Shown here: positions 1-11,600 of the stretch, in pieces
Numbering within the stretch: the stretch's first letter is position 1
How the letters are laid out: each line of letters opens with the position of its first letter
NCBI GenBank assembly: GCA_944351415.1
Contig: CALVPQ010000001.1
Location: 13,540-77,539 of the forward strand
Direction: 5' to 3'
Source of the DNA: an uncultured Clostridia bacterium
GTDB taxonomy: Bacteria > Bacillota > Clostridia > Christensenellales > UBA1242
DNA: 64,000 nucleotides
Made by a program: the position numbers and the translations under genes
Notes under the pieces: model-generated
Databases searched by the model: none
What the model saw: only the letters and a program-made list of their open reading frames with translations
What the model was told of the DNA's origin: nothing

Positions 1-828
1 AGTTTAGAAAATAAATTTTCAAGAAAAAATATGCTTCACCCTAATAGACATACAGAAGAAGAGATAAAACATATTAAAGATTTGATTAAAAGAAATCCAC
101 ACATAGGACTTAATGAGTTGTATGGTAAATTAAGGCTATACTATGCTTATAATCGAAATCCTGCAAGCCTATATAGATTTTTGAGAAAACATGGTTGGTA
201 TGCTGAAGTAAAAAAGAATACTAAGTATATTCCGCAACCTTATGACACTCCAATTCATTTAGGTGAAAAGTGGCAACTTGACGTTAAGTATATCCCTAAA
301 AATTGTTATGTTGGAGAGTTTAAAGAAGAACGGAAATTTTATCAATATACAGTTATAGATGAAGCTTCGAGAGAAAGATTTATTTATCCTTACTTAGAAC
401 AAAATGCAACTTCCACTGTTGATTTTATTAAAAGAGCTATTGTTTATTTTGGTTACAAGCCTAATATCATACAAACTGATAATGGTGCAGAATTTACATT
501 TATAAGACAAACAAAACACGACCAAGAACATTTGTTTGATAAGTTTTGCAGACTTAACAATATAGAGCATAAAACAATAAAACCCAGAACTCCAAGGCAT
601 AATGGTAAAGTGGAACGTTCACATAGAAGTGATAATGAAAGATTTTATAAATGGTTAAAATTTTACTCTTATGATGATTTATTAAAACAAATGCAGGCTT
701 ATCTTAAACGTTCTAATAATATACCGACATCTGTGCTTTATCCCAGAAATGGTAAAAAGACAATATGGCTTTCTCCAATAGAAAAGCGAAAAGAACTGTT
801 GCTTTTAGACTGGGGTATTATTGAATGA
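1..828 (+). mobile_element. IS transposase gene (DDE / rve integrase-core type, IS481/IS3-like), 5' end cut by the window edge
   Basis: ORF 31..828. The frame stays open back to nt 1 (SLENKFSRKN precedes the listed Met), so the gene starts off-window. The strings YTVIDEASRE, IQTDNGAEFT and PRTPRHNGKVERSHR fit the D..D..E core of rve transposases. Confidence 0.8.
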
Positions 829-1219
829 TAAGACTTTATTTACCTTTATTATTTTATTATAATTTAATAAATAAAAAACTATGGTAACTTACCATAGTAT
901 TTATCATACAAAAATTTTGCGACTTCCCCTAGGGGAAGTATTTATTTTTATTATAAACATACTTATTTTTATTTATCTTTAATAAAATTTAATTTTTTTT
1001 AAAAAACTTGTGACAAACAGTTGACAATTCTTCAAATTAAAAAATTTAAGTTTTTAAAACTTTTTATATTTTATAGTTTAAAATATATACTTTAGCTACA
1101 TTTTATCTTTAAATATGCTAATTTACTTTAAAATTCGCACTGTTTTTGATATAATAAACTTGTGTGTGGAATTTGCACACCTTATTGATAACATACACTG
1201 AATTGAACTGGGAGTGATT

Positions 1220-2362
1220 ATGAAAATTGTTATTGTTTGTGATATATTAGGTAAGAAAAATAATGGAACAACCATTGCTTCTTATAATCTTATAAATTTT
1301 TTAAAAGCAAAAGGACATGATGTTAAAGTTATATGCTGTGACAACGATAAAGATGAAAATCAAGATGGTTTTGTGCTTTTAAGTCAAGTCAACCTTGGAC
1401 CACTGAATAAAATCGTGGAAAGAAATGGTGTAAGCTTGCCTTGCAGAGATAAAAAAATTATTATGAACACCATTAAAGGCTGTGATATTGTGCATATTAT
1501 GTTGCCTTTCCCTGTGGGTATAACCGCCTGCAAAATAGCTAAAAAACTTGGTAAGCCTGTTACTGCTGGTTTTCATTGCCAAGCAGAGCTTATTTCAAGT
1601 CATCTTGGACTTATGAACTGCGAGCCAGTTAATAGGCTTATCTATAAAGAATTTTATGAAAAACTTTATCAGTTTTGTGATGCAATACATTATCCAACTC
1701 AGTTTATTTGCGACGTGTTTGAAAATATTGTTGGAAAAACCGAACACTATATAATTAGCAACGGCGTTAATAAAGATATGGAGTTTAAAAAATGCGATAA
1801 ACCAGAAGAGTTCAAAGATAAGTTTGTTATTTTAAGCACTGGCAGGCTTTGCAAAGAAAAGGCACATATCATTCTCTTTAAAGCTGTGGCTCAAAGCAAA
1901 TATAACAAAAATATACAACTTATTATTGCAGGTCAAGGCCCACTTAAAAAAAAGCTAGAGAAATTTGCTGATGAAAAAATTGCTAATAAACCTATTATCA
2001 AATACTTTTCAAGAGAAGAAATGCTTGAACTTGTGAACTTCTCTGACCTCTATGTTCACCCTGCTGAAGCCGAACTTGAAGGTATTGCCTGTTTAGAGGC
2101 GATTGTTTGTGGGCTGGTTCCGGTGGTTTCTAATTCCAAAAAAAGTGCTACAAAAGACTTTGCTATAACTGATAAAAATTTATTCCAATACGACAATCCT
2201 CAGGAACTTGCTAGCAAAATTGACTATTGGATTGAACACCCTGAAGAAAAAGAAGAGTTTAGAACAAAATATATCCAATTTGGAGAAAAGTTTGAACAAG
2301 AAGAATGTATGAATAAAATGGAAGAGATGTTTTTGGAAACTCTAAATAAAAGAATAAAATAA
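1220..2362 (+). CDS. Family-4 (GT-B) glycosyltransferase
   Basis: GGGAG RBS lies 6 nt before the ATG at 1220; the listed start at 1214 is a GTG inside the RBS. The C-terminal EX7E-type region YVHPAEAELEGIACLEAIVCG and the N-terminal KIVIVCD...GTT fit GT4 enzymes. Confidence 0.75.
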   Translation: MKIVIVCDILGKKNNGTTIASYNLINFLKAKGHDVKVICCDNDKDENQDGFVLLSQVNLGPLNKIVERNGVSLPCRDKKIIMNTIKGCDIVHIMLPFPVGITACKIAKKLGKPVTAGFHCQAELISSHLGLMNCEPVNRLIYKEFYEKLYQFCDAIHYPTQFICDVFENIVGKTEHYIISNGVNKDMEFKKCDKPEEFKDKFVILSTGRLCKEKAHIILFKAVAQSKYNKNIQLIIAGQGPLKKKLEKFADEKIANKPIIKYFSREEMLELVNFSDLYVHPAEAELEGIACLEAIVCGLVPVVSNSKKSATKDFAITDKNLFQYDNPQELASKIDYWIEHPEEKEEFRTKYIQFGEKFEQEECMNKMEEMFLETLNKRIK

Positions 2363-2383
2363 TCTATCCCTTTAGGAGAAAAT

Positions 2384-3091
2384 ATGAAAGTTACAATCGT
2401 TGGAAATCACTGCACTTGGACAAAGGAATTATCAACAAGTTTTATCATTAATAGTGACACCCTTATTGATGTTCCACAAGGCTCTTTTAAAACACTTTAT
2501 AATGACTATGTTATGGACAAAATTGACAACATCTTAATTACTCATTTTCATAGTGACCATTTTGCTGATATTCATCTTATCATAGATATTTTTAATAAAA
2601 TGCAGGATAAAAAATTGAATATCTTAGCACCAAAAGGTTGCAGGGAACGATTGGTGCAACTTTTTAAAATTTTGGAAGTTGCATACCTTGAAAAATACTT
2701 AGATGATAATGTGACTTTTTATGAATGTGAAAATGGAAAAACCTATAAGATAGGCAATTATAAAATAAAGGCATACAAAGTTGCACATAAAAATCTTGAT
2801 GCTTATGGTTTTGTGGTTGAAGATAATCATATAAAAGTAGGCTTCACCGGTGACAGCTGTATGTGCAATAGCTTGCATAAAATTTTAAAACATTCAAAAG
2901 CCGTGTTTATTGATTGCTCATCTACATCTAAAAATAACAGTCACCTTTCTGTTGATGAAGTTGTTTCTTTGCAAAATGAATATAAAAACGTTTTAGTTGA
3001 ACCTGTGCATTTTGCAGAAGGTTCTGAAAATTTAGCTAAAAACACAAACCTTTTAAAGACATACCAAGGGCAAGTTATAGAAATTTTATGA
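2384..3091 (+). CDS. MBL-fold metallo-hydrolase
   Basis: HxHxDH motif (THFHSDHFAD), size 235 aa, RBS AGGAGA upstream. Confidence 0.75.
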   Translation: MKVTIVGNHCTWTKELSTSFIINSDTLIDVPQGSFKTLYNDYVMDKIDNILITHFHSDHFADIHLIIDIFNKMQDKKLNILAPKGCRERLVQLFKILEVAYLEKYLDDNVTFYECENGKTYKIGNYKIKAYKVAHKNLDAYGFVVEDNHIKVGFTGDSCMCNSLHKILKHSKAVFIDCSSTSKNNSHLSVDEVVSLQNEYKNVLVEPVHFAEGSENLAKNTNLLKTYQGQVIEIL

Positions 3092-3303
3092 TTAAATAAA
3101 AAAATATATTTTAAAAAATATAAAAATAAAATTAAAAAAATTAAAATAAAATTAAAATAAAAAAATAAATAAAAAATAAAAAAAAATAAATAAATTATTT
3201 TAAAAATGTATTTTTAAAATAAAAAAAATATCTGAAAAATTATTATTCAGATATTTTTTTACTTAATTTTTATTATTTTTTTTGTCAATTTTTTTTAAAT
3301 TTA

Positions 3304-5079
3304 TTATTTTATTAGTTTTTCCCATTCGTTTAGCATATCCTGCAAGTAATCAAAGCAACTTGAAAAAGTTTTTTCATCTAAAAGTTCACACCCTGAATTT
3401 TGCAGAATTTTTATAGGATTTTCACTGCACCCTGCAGATAAAAATTTTATATAATCCTTAGCTGCATTCTCTTTATTTGTTAAAACCCTATTTGCAAAGT
3501 GAATTGCTGAAATCATGCCTGTGGCATACTTGAAAACATAGAAGGCATTGAAAAAGTGTGGGATTCTTGCCCATTCATATTTAATCTCATCTATAAGTTT
3601 TGTTTTGCCAAAATATTTTTTATTCAAATCATAATATATATTGCAAAGTTTATCCTTTGTTAGTGGCTCACCTGCTTCGTGAAGCGAATGAATTTTTTCT
3701 TCAAACTCTGAAAACATAGTTTGTCTATAAATTGTGCCTTTAACTTCGTCAAAAAGCTTATTGTATAGTGCAATTTTCTCTTGCTTGCTATTTGAAATTG
3801 ATAAGAAATAGTTTATAAGCAATATCTCGTTTGTTGTGCTTGCAATTTCTGCAAGAAATATTGGATAGTATGCCTTTGCATAAGGTTGCTTTTTGTTTGA
3901 AAAGTATGTGTGCATAGCATGCCCAAGTTCGTGTGCTAAGGTGAAAACTGAATCAATATCTCCTTCAAAATTTGTCATGACATAAGGGTGCAACCCATAA
4001 ACACCTGTTTCGTAGGCACCTGATGCCTTATCTTTATTTGGGTAAACATCTATCCAGCGTTCATTCTTTGCTCTGTCTATAAGTTTAACATAATCTTCCC
4101 CTAATGGTGAAACAGCTTTCTTTATAATTTCAATTGCCTCATCATAAGTATATTTTTTCGATGAAGCATTGCCAAGGTCTGCCATGCTATCATAAATATA
4201 GAAAGTTTGAACACCTAGGAGTTGTTTTTTTATGTCGAAATACTTAAATAAAATTTTAAGGTTTTTGCTGACCTGGTCTATAAGCATATCATAGACTTTT
4301 TTATCTACTTCTTCTGACTTTAACTCTCGCTCGAGTGCTGATTTATATTTTCTGACCTTTGCAAAATAACAATCCGCTTTAACATCGTTTATATAGTTGT
4401 TTGCAAGTGTATTGATATATTTCCCAAACGTGCCATTAAGTCTTGTCATTACAGCCTTTCTAAGTTTTCTATCACTGCTTCTTATTAGGCTTGAATAATT
4501 TGACTGTGTAAGTTCATAAGTTTTTCCACTTGAGTCTTGAACTTTACCAAATTTTATATCAACATCTGCAAGCATAGACATATTACTTGAAAACCCAGAT
4601 AAAAATCCCATACCGGAAAGTAACTTCTCTTCACTCTTTGAAAGTTTATGTTTCTTATTCTTCTTTATATGCTCAAAATTTCGGTTGTAATCTTTGAAAT
4701 CTGGGTCTGAAATAATGTCGTCAAGTAAACTATCAGGAAGTTTGCTAAGTTCAGATGAAACAAAAGAGGTTTCAACTGAAATGTTATCAAGTATATTTGA
4801 AAGTTTTTCCGACATCTCTTGTCTTGCACTATCTGATAATACTTCGTCTGACCTTAAATGAGCATACAGCATAAGTGGTTCAACAAAATAAGAAAATTCC
4901 TCATCTAATTTCAAATATTCAAGTATAGCTTTCTTGTTATTAAGTTTTCCTTCAAAAGCTTTAATTTTAGGCAAATAATCATTTATCTTATCTATTTTTT
5001 GATAAAAGTCATTATCATCTTTACACAGCGGAGTTAAATCCCATGTAAATTTACTCTCTATCTCTTCTCTTTTTTTCAT
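3304..5079 (-). CDS. pepF: Oligoendopeptidase F (M3B family)
   Basis: 591 aa; zinc motif LAHELGHAMH; overall M3B-like layout. Confidence 0.85.
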   Translation of the reverse strand: MKKREEIESKFTWDLTPLCKDDNDFYQKIDKINDYLPKIKAFEGKLNNKKAILEYLKLDEEFSYFVEPLMLYAHLRSDEVLSDSARQEMSEKLSNILDNISVETSFVSSELSKLPDSLLDDIISDPDFKDYNRNFEHIKKNKKHKLSKSEEKLLSGMGFLSGFSSNMSMLADVDIKFGKVQDSSGKTYELTQSNYSSLIRSSDRKLRKAVMTRLNGTFGKYINTLANNYINDVKADCYFAKVRKYKSALERELKSEEVDKKVYDMLIDQVSKNLKILFKYFDIKKQLLGVQTFYIYDSMADLGNASSKKYTYDEAIEIIKKAVSPLGEDYVKLIDRAKNERWIDVYPNKDKASGAYETGVYGLHPYVMTNFEGDIDSVFTLAHELGHAMHTYFSNKKQPYAKAYYPIFLAEIASTTNEILLINYFLSISNSKQEKIALYNKLFDEVKGTIYRQTMFSEFEEKIHSLHEAGEPLTKDKLCNIYYDLNKKYFGKTKLIDEIKYEWARIPHFFNAFYVFKYATGMISAIHFANRVLTNKENAAKDYIKFLSAGCSENPIKILQNSGCELLDEKTFSSCFDYLQDMLNEWEKLIK

Positions 5080-5164
5080 ATCTAATTTCCTTTTAAAAAT
5101 AATGTTCTAAAACCCCTTGTAGTTCTTAATTTTTTCAAAATATTTTAACAAATGTATAACACAC

Positions 5165-5986
5165 TTACCTTATAAAATACTTTTCCATATAAAAGTATGA
5201 CCATGGTTTTGCATCTAAATCCGGCGGACAAGCAAAGGTCATTTTTTGTTTTGTGACTGGGTGAACAAACTCAAGCCGTCCAGCCCACAAGCCAAGATTA
5301 TTTGACTGTTTTGTCTTATCTCTGCCATATTTATTGTCGCCATAAAGCGGACAGTTGATACCTGCAAACTGCACTCTTATTTGATGCGACCTGCCACTGA
5401 CAAGTTTTACTTCGACAAGTGCAAGTTTATCTTTCGTTTGAAGAACCTTGTAGTTAAGCTCTGCTCGTTTTGCCCCTTGTTCACTTTGTGGTGCGAACCT
5501 GACAATATTGTTTTTTTCGTCCTTCTTGAGATAATTTATAAGGGTATTACTTCTAAGCTGTGGCACTTTTGTTGTGACTGCATAGTAAACTTTATGCATC
5601 TGGTTATTTCTTATTTGAGCTGAAAGTCGCTCTGCTGCCTTTGATGTTCTTGCAAAGACCATTATTCCACCTGTTGGCCTATCTAAACGATGAACAAGTC
5701 CAATAAAAGCTTCTCCTTCTTTATTATATTTTTCTTTTATATATTTTTTCACTTTAGTAAGCATATCTTCATCGCCACTTTTATCAGCTTGAGAAGGAAT
5801 ATTTTGTGGTTTGATTACAACAACTATATGGTTATCTTCGTATAGCACAATAAGTTCTGATTTTTTTGTAACTTTGCTCTGCTCTACATCTTTTAAACTT
5901 TCATTTTGTGATTGTTTTTCTTGAGTTATTTTTTCATTACTTTGCGATTTTTCTAAATTTTTTGTTATATTTTCATTTATTTCCAT
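5165..5986 (-). CDS. RluA-family pseudouridine synthase with a low-complexity N-terminal extension
   Basis: Catalytic motif HRLDRPTGG plus SGRSHQIRVQ; 10-nt overlap with the upstream gene. Confidence 0.85.
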   Translation of the reverse strand: MEINENITKNLEKSQSNEKITQEKQSQNESLKDVEQSKVTKKSELIVLYEDNHIVVVIKPQNIPSQADKSGDEDMLTKVKKYIKEKYNKEGEAFIGLVHRLDRPTGGIMVFARTSKAAERLSAQIRNNQMHKVYYAVTTKVPQLRSNTLINYLKKDEKNNIVRFAPQSEQGAKRAELNYKVLQTKDKLALVEVKLVSGRSHQIRVQFAGINCPLYGDNKYGRDKTKQSNNLGLWAGRLEFVHPVTKQKMTFACPPDLDAKPWSYFYMEKYFIR

Positions 5987-6846
5987 AATTTTAATCCCCT
6001 TGCTCCAGACGGCAATACAATTTTTTCTTCTGTAGGAAGCCCAATTTCATCAGCATCAATATTCCCTTCGCCAAAAATAAGTGTTAGCAAATTTTTTAAA
6101 ATGCTCGCCTGCAAACCCGTTGTATATGATGATATAAGCACAAAAAGCGGATTGTCTGAAAGAACCTTTTTAGTAAGCTCCATAAAATCATACAAGTTGT
6201 CTTCAAGTTTCCACATCTCACCATTTGTTCCACGGCCATAACTTGGTGGGTCCATTATTATTGCATCATAGAAATTGCCACGTCTTATCTCTCGCTCCAC
6301 AAATTTTTTGCAATCGTCTACTATATAACGTATATTTGTGATGCCATTGAGTGTTGCATTTTCTTTTGCACGTTCCACCATACCTTTACTCGCATCGACG
6401 TGTGTGACCTGCCCACCTGCCTTTGCACATACAACACTTGCTCCACCTGTGTAGGCAAAAAGATTTAAAACCTTTATCGGTCTTTTTGCTTCCGTTATTG
6501 CCTTTGTTATGTCATTCCAATTTACTGCCTGTTCTGGGAACAATCCTGTATGTTTAAATCCCATTGGTTTTATTATAAATTTTATACCCTTCCATTCTAT
6601 TTGCCATGATTCTGGAACATGGTTTAAAAACTGCCAATTTCCACCACCAGAAGAGGAACGTTTATAGTGACCATCAAGTCCTTTATATTTTGATAGGTCT
6701 TGTTTTGAATGCCATATAACTTGTGGGTCTGGACGAAGTAAAATATATTTCCCCCACTTTTCAAGTTTTTCACCATCTCCTGTTGCAAGCACTTTATAAT
6801 CCTTCCAATCGTCTGCTATTTTCATAATTCTTTCCTTAGTAGACAT
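5977..6846 (-). CDS. Class I SAM-dependent (rRNA-type, RlmI/RlmK-like) methyltransferase
   Basis: SAM motif I LNLFAYTGGASV and motif IV IIMDPPSYGRG. Confidence 0.75.
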   Translation of the reverse strand: MSTKERIMKIADDWKDYKVLATGDGEKLEKWGKYILLRPDPQVIWHSKQDLSKYKGLDGHYKRSSSGGGNWQFLNHVPESWQIEWKGIKFIIKPMGFKHTGLFPEQAVNWNDITKAITEAKRPIKVLNLFAYTGGASVVCAKAGGQVTHVDASKGMVERAKENATLNGITNIRYIVDDCKKFVEREIRRGNFYDAIIMDPPSYGRGTNGEMWKLEDNLYDFMELTKKVLSDNPLFVLISSYTTGLQASILKNLLTLIFGEGNIDADEIGLPTEEKIVLPSGARGLKLWK

Positions 6847-6950
6847 TATACCAAAATAGCTGATTTTTTACAATTAAATTTTACTATTTTAGTATTTGTT
6901 ATTGACGAACGTTGTGCTGTGTGATAAAATAAACATATAAGGAGTTTATT

Positions 6951-7619
6951 ATGGAAATAGAGAATATTAAATTTGCTATGTTTGAAATTTTTACTCAATA
7001 TAAACAAGGGAAAATTAGCAAAGAAGTGGCTGAGTATTTTGTGACCAAACTTGATGATTTTCAAAGGAAAAATGATGTTCAAAATTTATCGCAGGTTATC
7101 AATAGTTTTGAGCATGGTGAAATTGCTATTGAATTTGGAAATAATGGCAAACCTTACATTGCTGAAGAAGAGCATAGCAAGGAAATTCGTCAGTTATTCT
7201 TTATGCAACAAGGTGAAAAATACCCTGTTTATCTTGGTGATATTATAAAGCTTAACAAAAATGTTACAAAAGCACTAGGCTATTTCTTAGAACGAGGAGT
7301 TTATTCCCCTCCTCTTAGAACTTTACCTTGGAATGAACCTGACTATCAAGATGACAGACAAAGGTTTGCAAAACTTAGCACAAAGGAATTGAAAAAATAT
7401 CAGAATTATATAAATGAACTTATTACTAGCCGTAGTGTGATGAGATTTGGAAAGGAATGTTTGAGCAATATTGAACAGAAGAGATATGAGTATGAACTTA
7501 TTGAAAATTGGCAAAAAAATATGATTAAAAATTCTATGGCTTATAGAATTGATGCTTATGAGCTTGTTAGTAGAACTGGTGCTGAAAATGGCGCTTCTGT
7601 TGACAGTGAAAAAGAATAA
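6951..7619 (+). CDS. Hypothetical protein, paralog 1 of a tandem pair
   Basis: AAGGAG RBS; 222 aa. The N-terminus NIKFAMFEIFTQYKQGKISKEVAEYF parallels NIKIAMMELFDKAQKGEIKERVAVYF of the next gene. Confidence 0.65.
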   Translation: MEIENIKFAMFEIFTQYKQGKISKEVAEYFVTKLDDFQRKNDVQNLSQVINSFEHGEIAIEFGNNGKPYIAEEEHSKEIRQLFFMQQGEKYPVYLGDIIKLNKNVTKALGYFLERGVYSPPLRTLPWNEPDYQDDRQRFAKLSTKELKKYQNYINELITSRSVMRFGKECLSNIEQKRYEYELIENWQKNMIKNSMAYRIDAYELVSRTGAENGASVDSEKE

Positions 7620-7777
7620 GTTTGCTCGCTATATAAAATTAAGTTTAAATAATGATAAAAAACAGCATATATATGAAGCATAAAAATTGCTGTTTTTTAT
7701 TATTTTTTTCTGTTGAGTTTAATGTTGTTGACTTTTATGAGATTTTCTTATAAAATAAGATTATATAAGGGGGAAAA

Positions 7778-8422
7778 ATGAGACACATTAATAACATTAA
7801 GATTGCTATGATGGAACTTTTTGATAAAGCACAAAAAGGTGAAATTAAAGAACGTGTGGCAGTTTATTTTATTGAACATCTTGATGCCATTACAACAGAA
7901 CCAAATGAACTTTTGAAATCATATTCTCGAACAAGGGTGCTTACAAATAAAAATATCACAGATGTTGTGGAATACCTTGTTCCTGAATTGATTTTTGAAG
8001 ATGATAGAAAAGGTAAATTTTATCTAAATGAAATCAGACAGGCTGAAAATGCCAGGGATATTTTGTTTATGAAAGATGGAAAAAATTATATCTATCTTGG
8101 CTCGCTTATTGATATTGACGAAGATATAACAAAAGAAATATATATGAATATCGCAAAAGCTAATGAATCACCTTCTCTTTACAGGCAAGTGTATAATGAC
8201 AAGGCTTTATTTGATACACTTGATAAAAGATATATTGATAAATATCAAAAGTTTATTGAAAGAAATTTGCGATGTTTGAGTGCTATTGTTAATAAAGACA
8301 AAGAAAAAACTTATGAAAAACTTTTAGATGAACTTATTAAGAAACTTGAAAAACGTGAGCTCGTTCATAGAATTAAAATTATTGAAAACTTGAAAAATAA
8401 TGAAAATAGTGAAAATAAATAG
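7778..8422 (+). CDS. Hypothetical protein, paralog 2 of a tandem pair
   Basis: GGGGGA RBS; 214 aa. It shares blocks with 6951..7619, for example FMQQGEKYPVYLGDII versus FMKDGKNYIYLGSLID. Confidence 0.65.
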   Translation: MRHINNIKIAMMELFDKAQKGEIKERVAVYFIEHLDAITTEPNELLKSYSRTRVLTNKNITDVVEYLVPELIFEDDRKGKFYLNEIRQAENARDILFMKDGKNYIYLGSLIDIDEDITKEIYMNIAKANESPSLYRQVYNDKALFDTLDKRYIDKYQKFIERNLRCLSAIVNKDKEKTYEKLLDELIKKLEKRELVHRIKIIENLKNNENSENK

Positions 8423-8502
8423 AATTTTTAACGTTTTAATTGTGAAATTTTTGTATACTTTCGTTTAAAGCTTGGTTTAGGTTTATACTTCTAAAATAAA
8501 TA

Positions 8503-8541
8503 TAAAAAAAATACTCTAACTTTTGGTGTCAGAGTATTTTA
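8503..8541. terminator. Bidirectional intrinsic terminator between convergent genes
   Basis: Stem atactct/agagtat flanked by an A-run and a T-run. Confidence 0.6.
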
Positions 8542-8604
8542 TATTGAAATAAATTAGATAAATTAATGCTAATTATATAAATAAAATAAAATTTTATTAG
8601 CTTA

Positions 8605-11600
8605 TTACTTTATTTTAGCAATATAAACTTGCACTTTTGCTCCGTCAAATTCAAACTCCATTGAGTTTGTTCCACTTGCACCTAGTTTTACTTCATCACA
8701 AAGTGTTCCCTTCTTGATTGTGTCAGAATATTCAAGAAGTTTATCTGAAAGAGTTTTATCTCCGCTGAGTTCTATCTTTATATGATTTACAACCTCAAAT
8801 TCGCTTTCTTTACGGAGATTTTGCACTTTAGATACAAATTCCTTAACCATACCCTTTGCGATTAAGTCTGGAGTTAAATTGGTATCTAAAACAACGGTCA
8901 TTTCGCCATTTGTTTCGCTTGAGTAGCCTTCCTTATTTTTAAGCCCAATAAGAAGGTCTTCTTCGCCAAGGGATACAGCTTGACCATTTACAGTAAATTC
9001 AAGTTTTCCGCCATTTCTTACTTTTGTCACATTTTCAACACTACCTGCTTGGGCAAGATATTCCTTAATTCCACCTAGAAGTTTACCATATTTTGGCCCT
9101 ACAGTGCGGAGTTGTGGCTTAAGTTCGTAAGAAACAAACTCATCTGCATTGTGTAGTATCTCAATTTTTTCAACATTAAGTTCATCTTTTATAAGTTCTT
9201 GAAGTTCACTATCAAGAGCAAGTTCTTTGCTTGTGCATACAATAACCTTTGAAAGTGGCTGTCTGTTCTTAACATTACTTGCTGAACGGCAAGACCTTCC
9301 TAAATTCACAATTTCAAGAACCTTATCCATACCTTCGTTGAGACGTGAATCAATCATACTTTCATCAGCTTCTGGAAAACTGCAGAAATGCACACTTTCT
9401 GGAGCATTTTCATCAAGACTTCTTACAAGATTCTGATATATCTCTTCTGCCATAAATGGAACAAAAGGTGCAATAAGTTTGCTAAGAGAAACGAGAACTT
9501 CATAAAGAGTTTTATATGCAGCTTTCTTATCATCATTCTCTTCACTACCCCAGAACCTTTCACGCGACCTTCTTATATACCAATTTGAAAGTCTATCAAC
9601 AAATTCACTGATAGCAGCAGTTGGAGTTTTCATATCATATTTTTCAAGGCCTTCATCTACAACTTTTATAAGAGCATTATAATCTGAAAGAAGCCATTTA
9701 TCAAGAAATGTTAGTTTGCAATCCTTTAAACTATACTTACTTGGGTCAATTTTATCTATTTCAGCATAAAGAACATAGAAATAATAGACATTCCATAATG
9801 TGCCCATAAACTTACGTTGAAGGTCAACAAGGTTCTCTTCTATAAACGGCAAACCTTGTGCTGGATTGCAACTTGAGAAGAAATACCATCTCACACCATC
9901 TGCACCATATTTGTTAAGAACTTCCCAAGGGTCAACTCCATTTTTTAGACTCTTCGACATTTTAAGCCCATTTTTATCAAGCACAAGTCCGAGAACATTG
10001 CAGGCTTTAAATGGAGCTTTGTTAAATACCGCTGTATTGACTGTGAGAAGTGTGTAGAACCAGCCACGAGTCTGGTCTATAGCTTCACTGATATAATCTG
10101 CAGAAAATGCCTTCTTAAAGGTTTCTTGATTTTCAAATGGATAGTGATATTGGGCAAAAGGCATAGAACCACTATCAAACCAGCAGTCCATAACCTCCGG
10201 TGTTCTATGCATGGTCTTACCACAAACTGGGCATGGAAATGTTATCTTATCAAGGGTCGGCTTATGAAGGTCAAGCTCTTCTTTTATGCCTGATAGCGAA
10301 CGCAATTCTTCAACTGAGCCTATAACATGAACATGGCCATTTTCACATTTCCAGAATGGTAATGGTGTTCCCCAATAACGATTACGTGATATATTCCAAT
10401 CTATATTATTTGCAAGGAAATTACCCATACGTCCATTTTTTATATGCTCTGGTATCCAATTTATATCCTGATTGTTCTTTACAAGTTGGTCGCGTATTGC
10501 AGTAGTCTTAACGAACCATGCATCTTGTGCATAGTAAAGAAGTGGACTTTTACATCTCCAGCAGTGTGGATATGAGTGTTCTATTGGCTGAATTTTAAAC
10601 ATCTTATCTTCATTTTTAAGCTTTTCTATAATAAGTTTGTCTGCATCTTTAACAAACAAACCACCAAAGTCAGTTTTATCGCTCATCTTTCCGCTTTCAT
10701 CAACAAGTTGAACGAATGTTAAGCCATATTTTACACCCGCCTTATAGTCATCTTCACCAAAAGCTGGGGCAATATGAACAATACCTGTTCCATCTTCTGT
10801 TGTAACATAGTCGTCAACTATAACAAAATACCCTTTTTTGACTTCATCTTTAACATAATCAAAAAGTGGCTCATACCTGTGATACTCAAACTCCTTACCT
10901 TTCTTTGTGTAAAGTTTTGTATATGAACCTTCTTCAAAAAGTGTTGGTATAAGTTTATCAAGCATAATATAATTTTTGCCTTCAAAAGAAAGTTTTGTAT
11001 AATCTTCTTCTGGATTCATACAAAGTGCAACATTTGATGGAAGAGTCCAAGGGGTGGTTGTCCAAACAAGAAAATAGGTGTTTTCTTCCTCTAAGCTTTT
11101 TAGTTTAACATAAACCGAATTTTCTTTTAAAATTTTATAATTGTCACCATTTTCAAGTTCTGCTTTTGACAAACTTGTTCCACATCTTGGGCAATATGGC
11201 ACAACTTTGTGTCCCTGATAGATAAGCCCTTTTTTATCCATCTCTTTTAATGCCCAAAACACACTTTCAATATAGGAATTATCATAGGTTATATAAGGAT
11301 TATCCATATCAACCCAATAGCCAATCTTTTTGGTTAAATCTTCCCACATTGACTTATATTCCCATACCGATTTTTTGCAAAGGTCAATAAATTTATCTAT
11401 ACCATAGTTTTCTATATCTTTTTTCCCATTAAAGCCAAGTTTTTTCTCAACCTCAACTTCAACAGGAAGACCGTGGGTGTCCCACCCTGCCTTACGGTAG
11501 ATATAATAACCCTTCATTGCCTTAAAACGTGGGATAACATCTTTCATAGCCCTTGTAAGAACGTGCCCAATATGTGGTTTGCCATTTGCTGTTGGTGGAC

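Noticed and set aside
3092-3303. A ~200-nt run of A/T-only short repeats (aaaataaa / aaattaaa units), considered as a tandem repeat or degenerate CRISPR-like array
   Set aside because: There is no repeat-spacer periodicity and no unit of 20 nt or more. It is low-complexity A-tract DNA between convergent genes, ending in an ordinary terminator (atatctgaa...ttcagatat).
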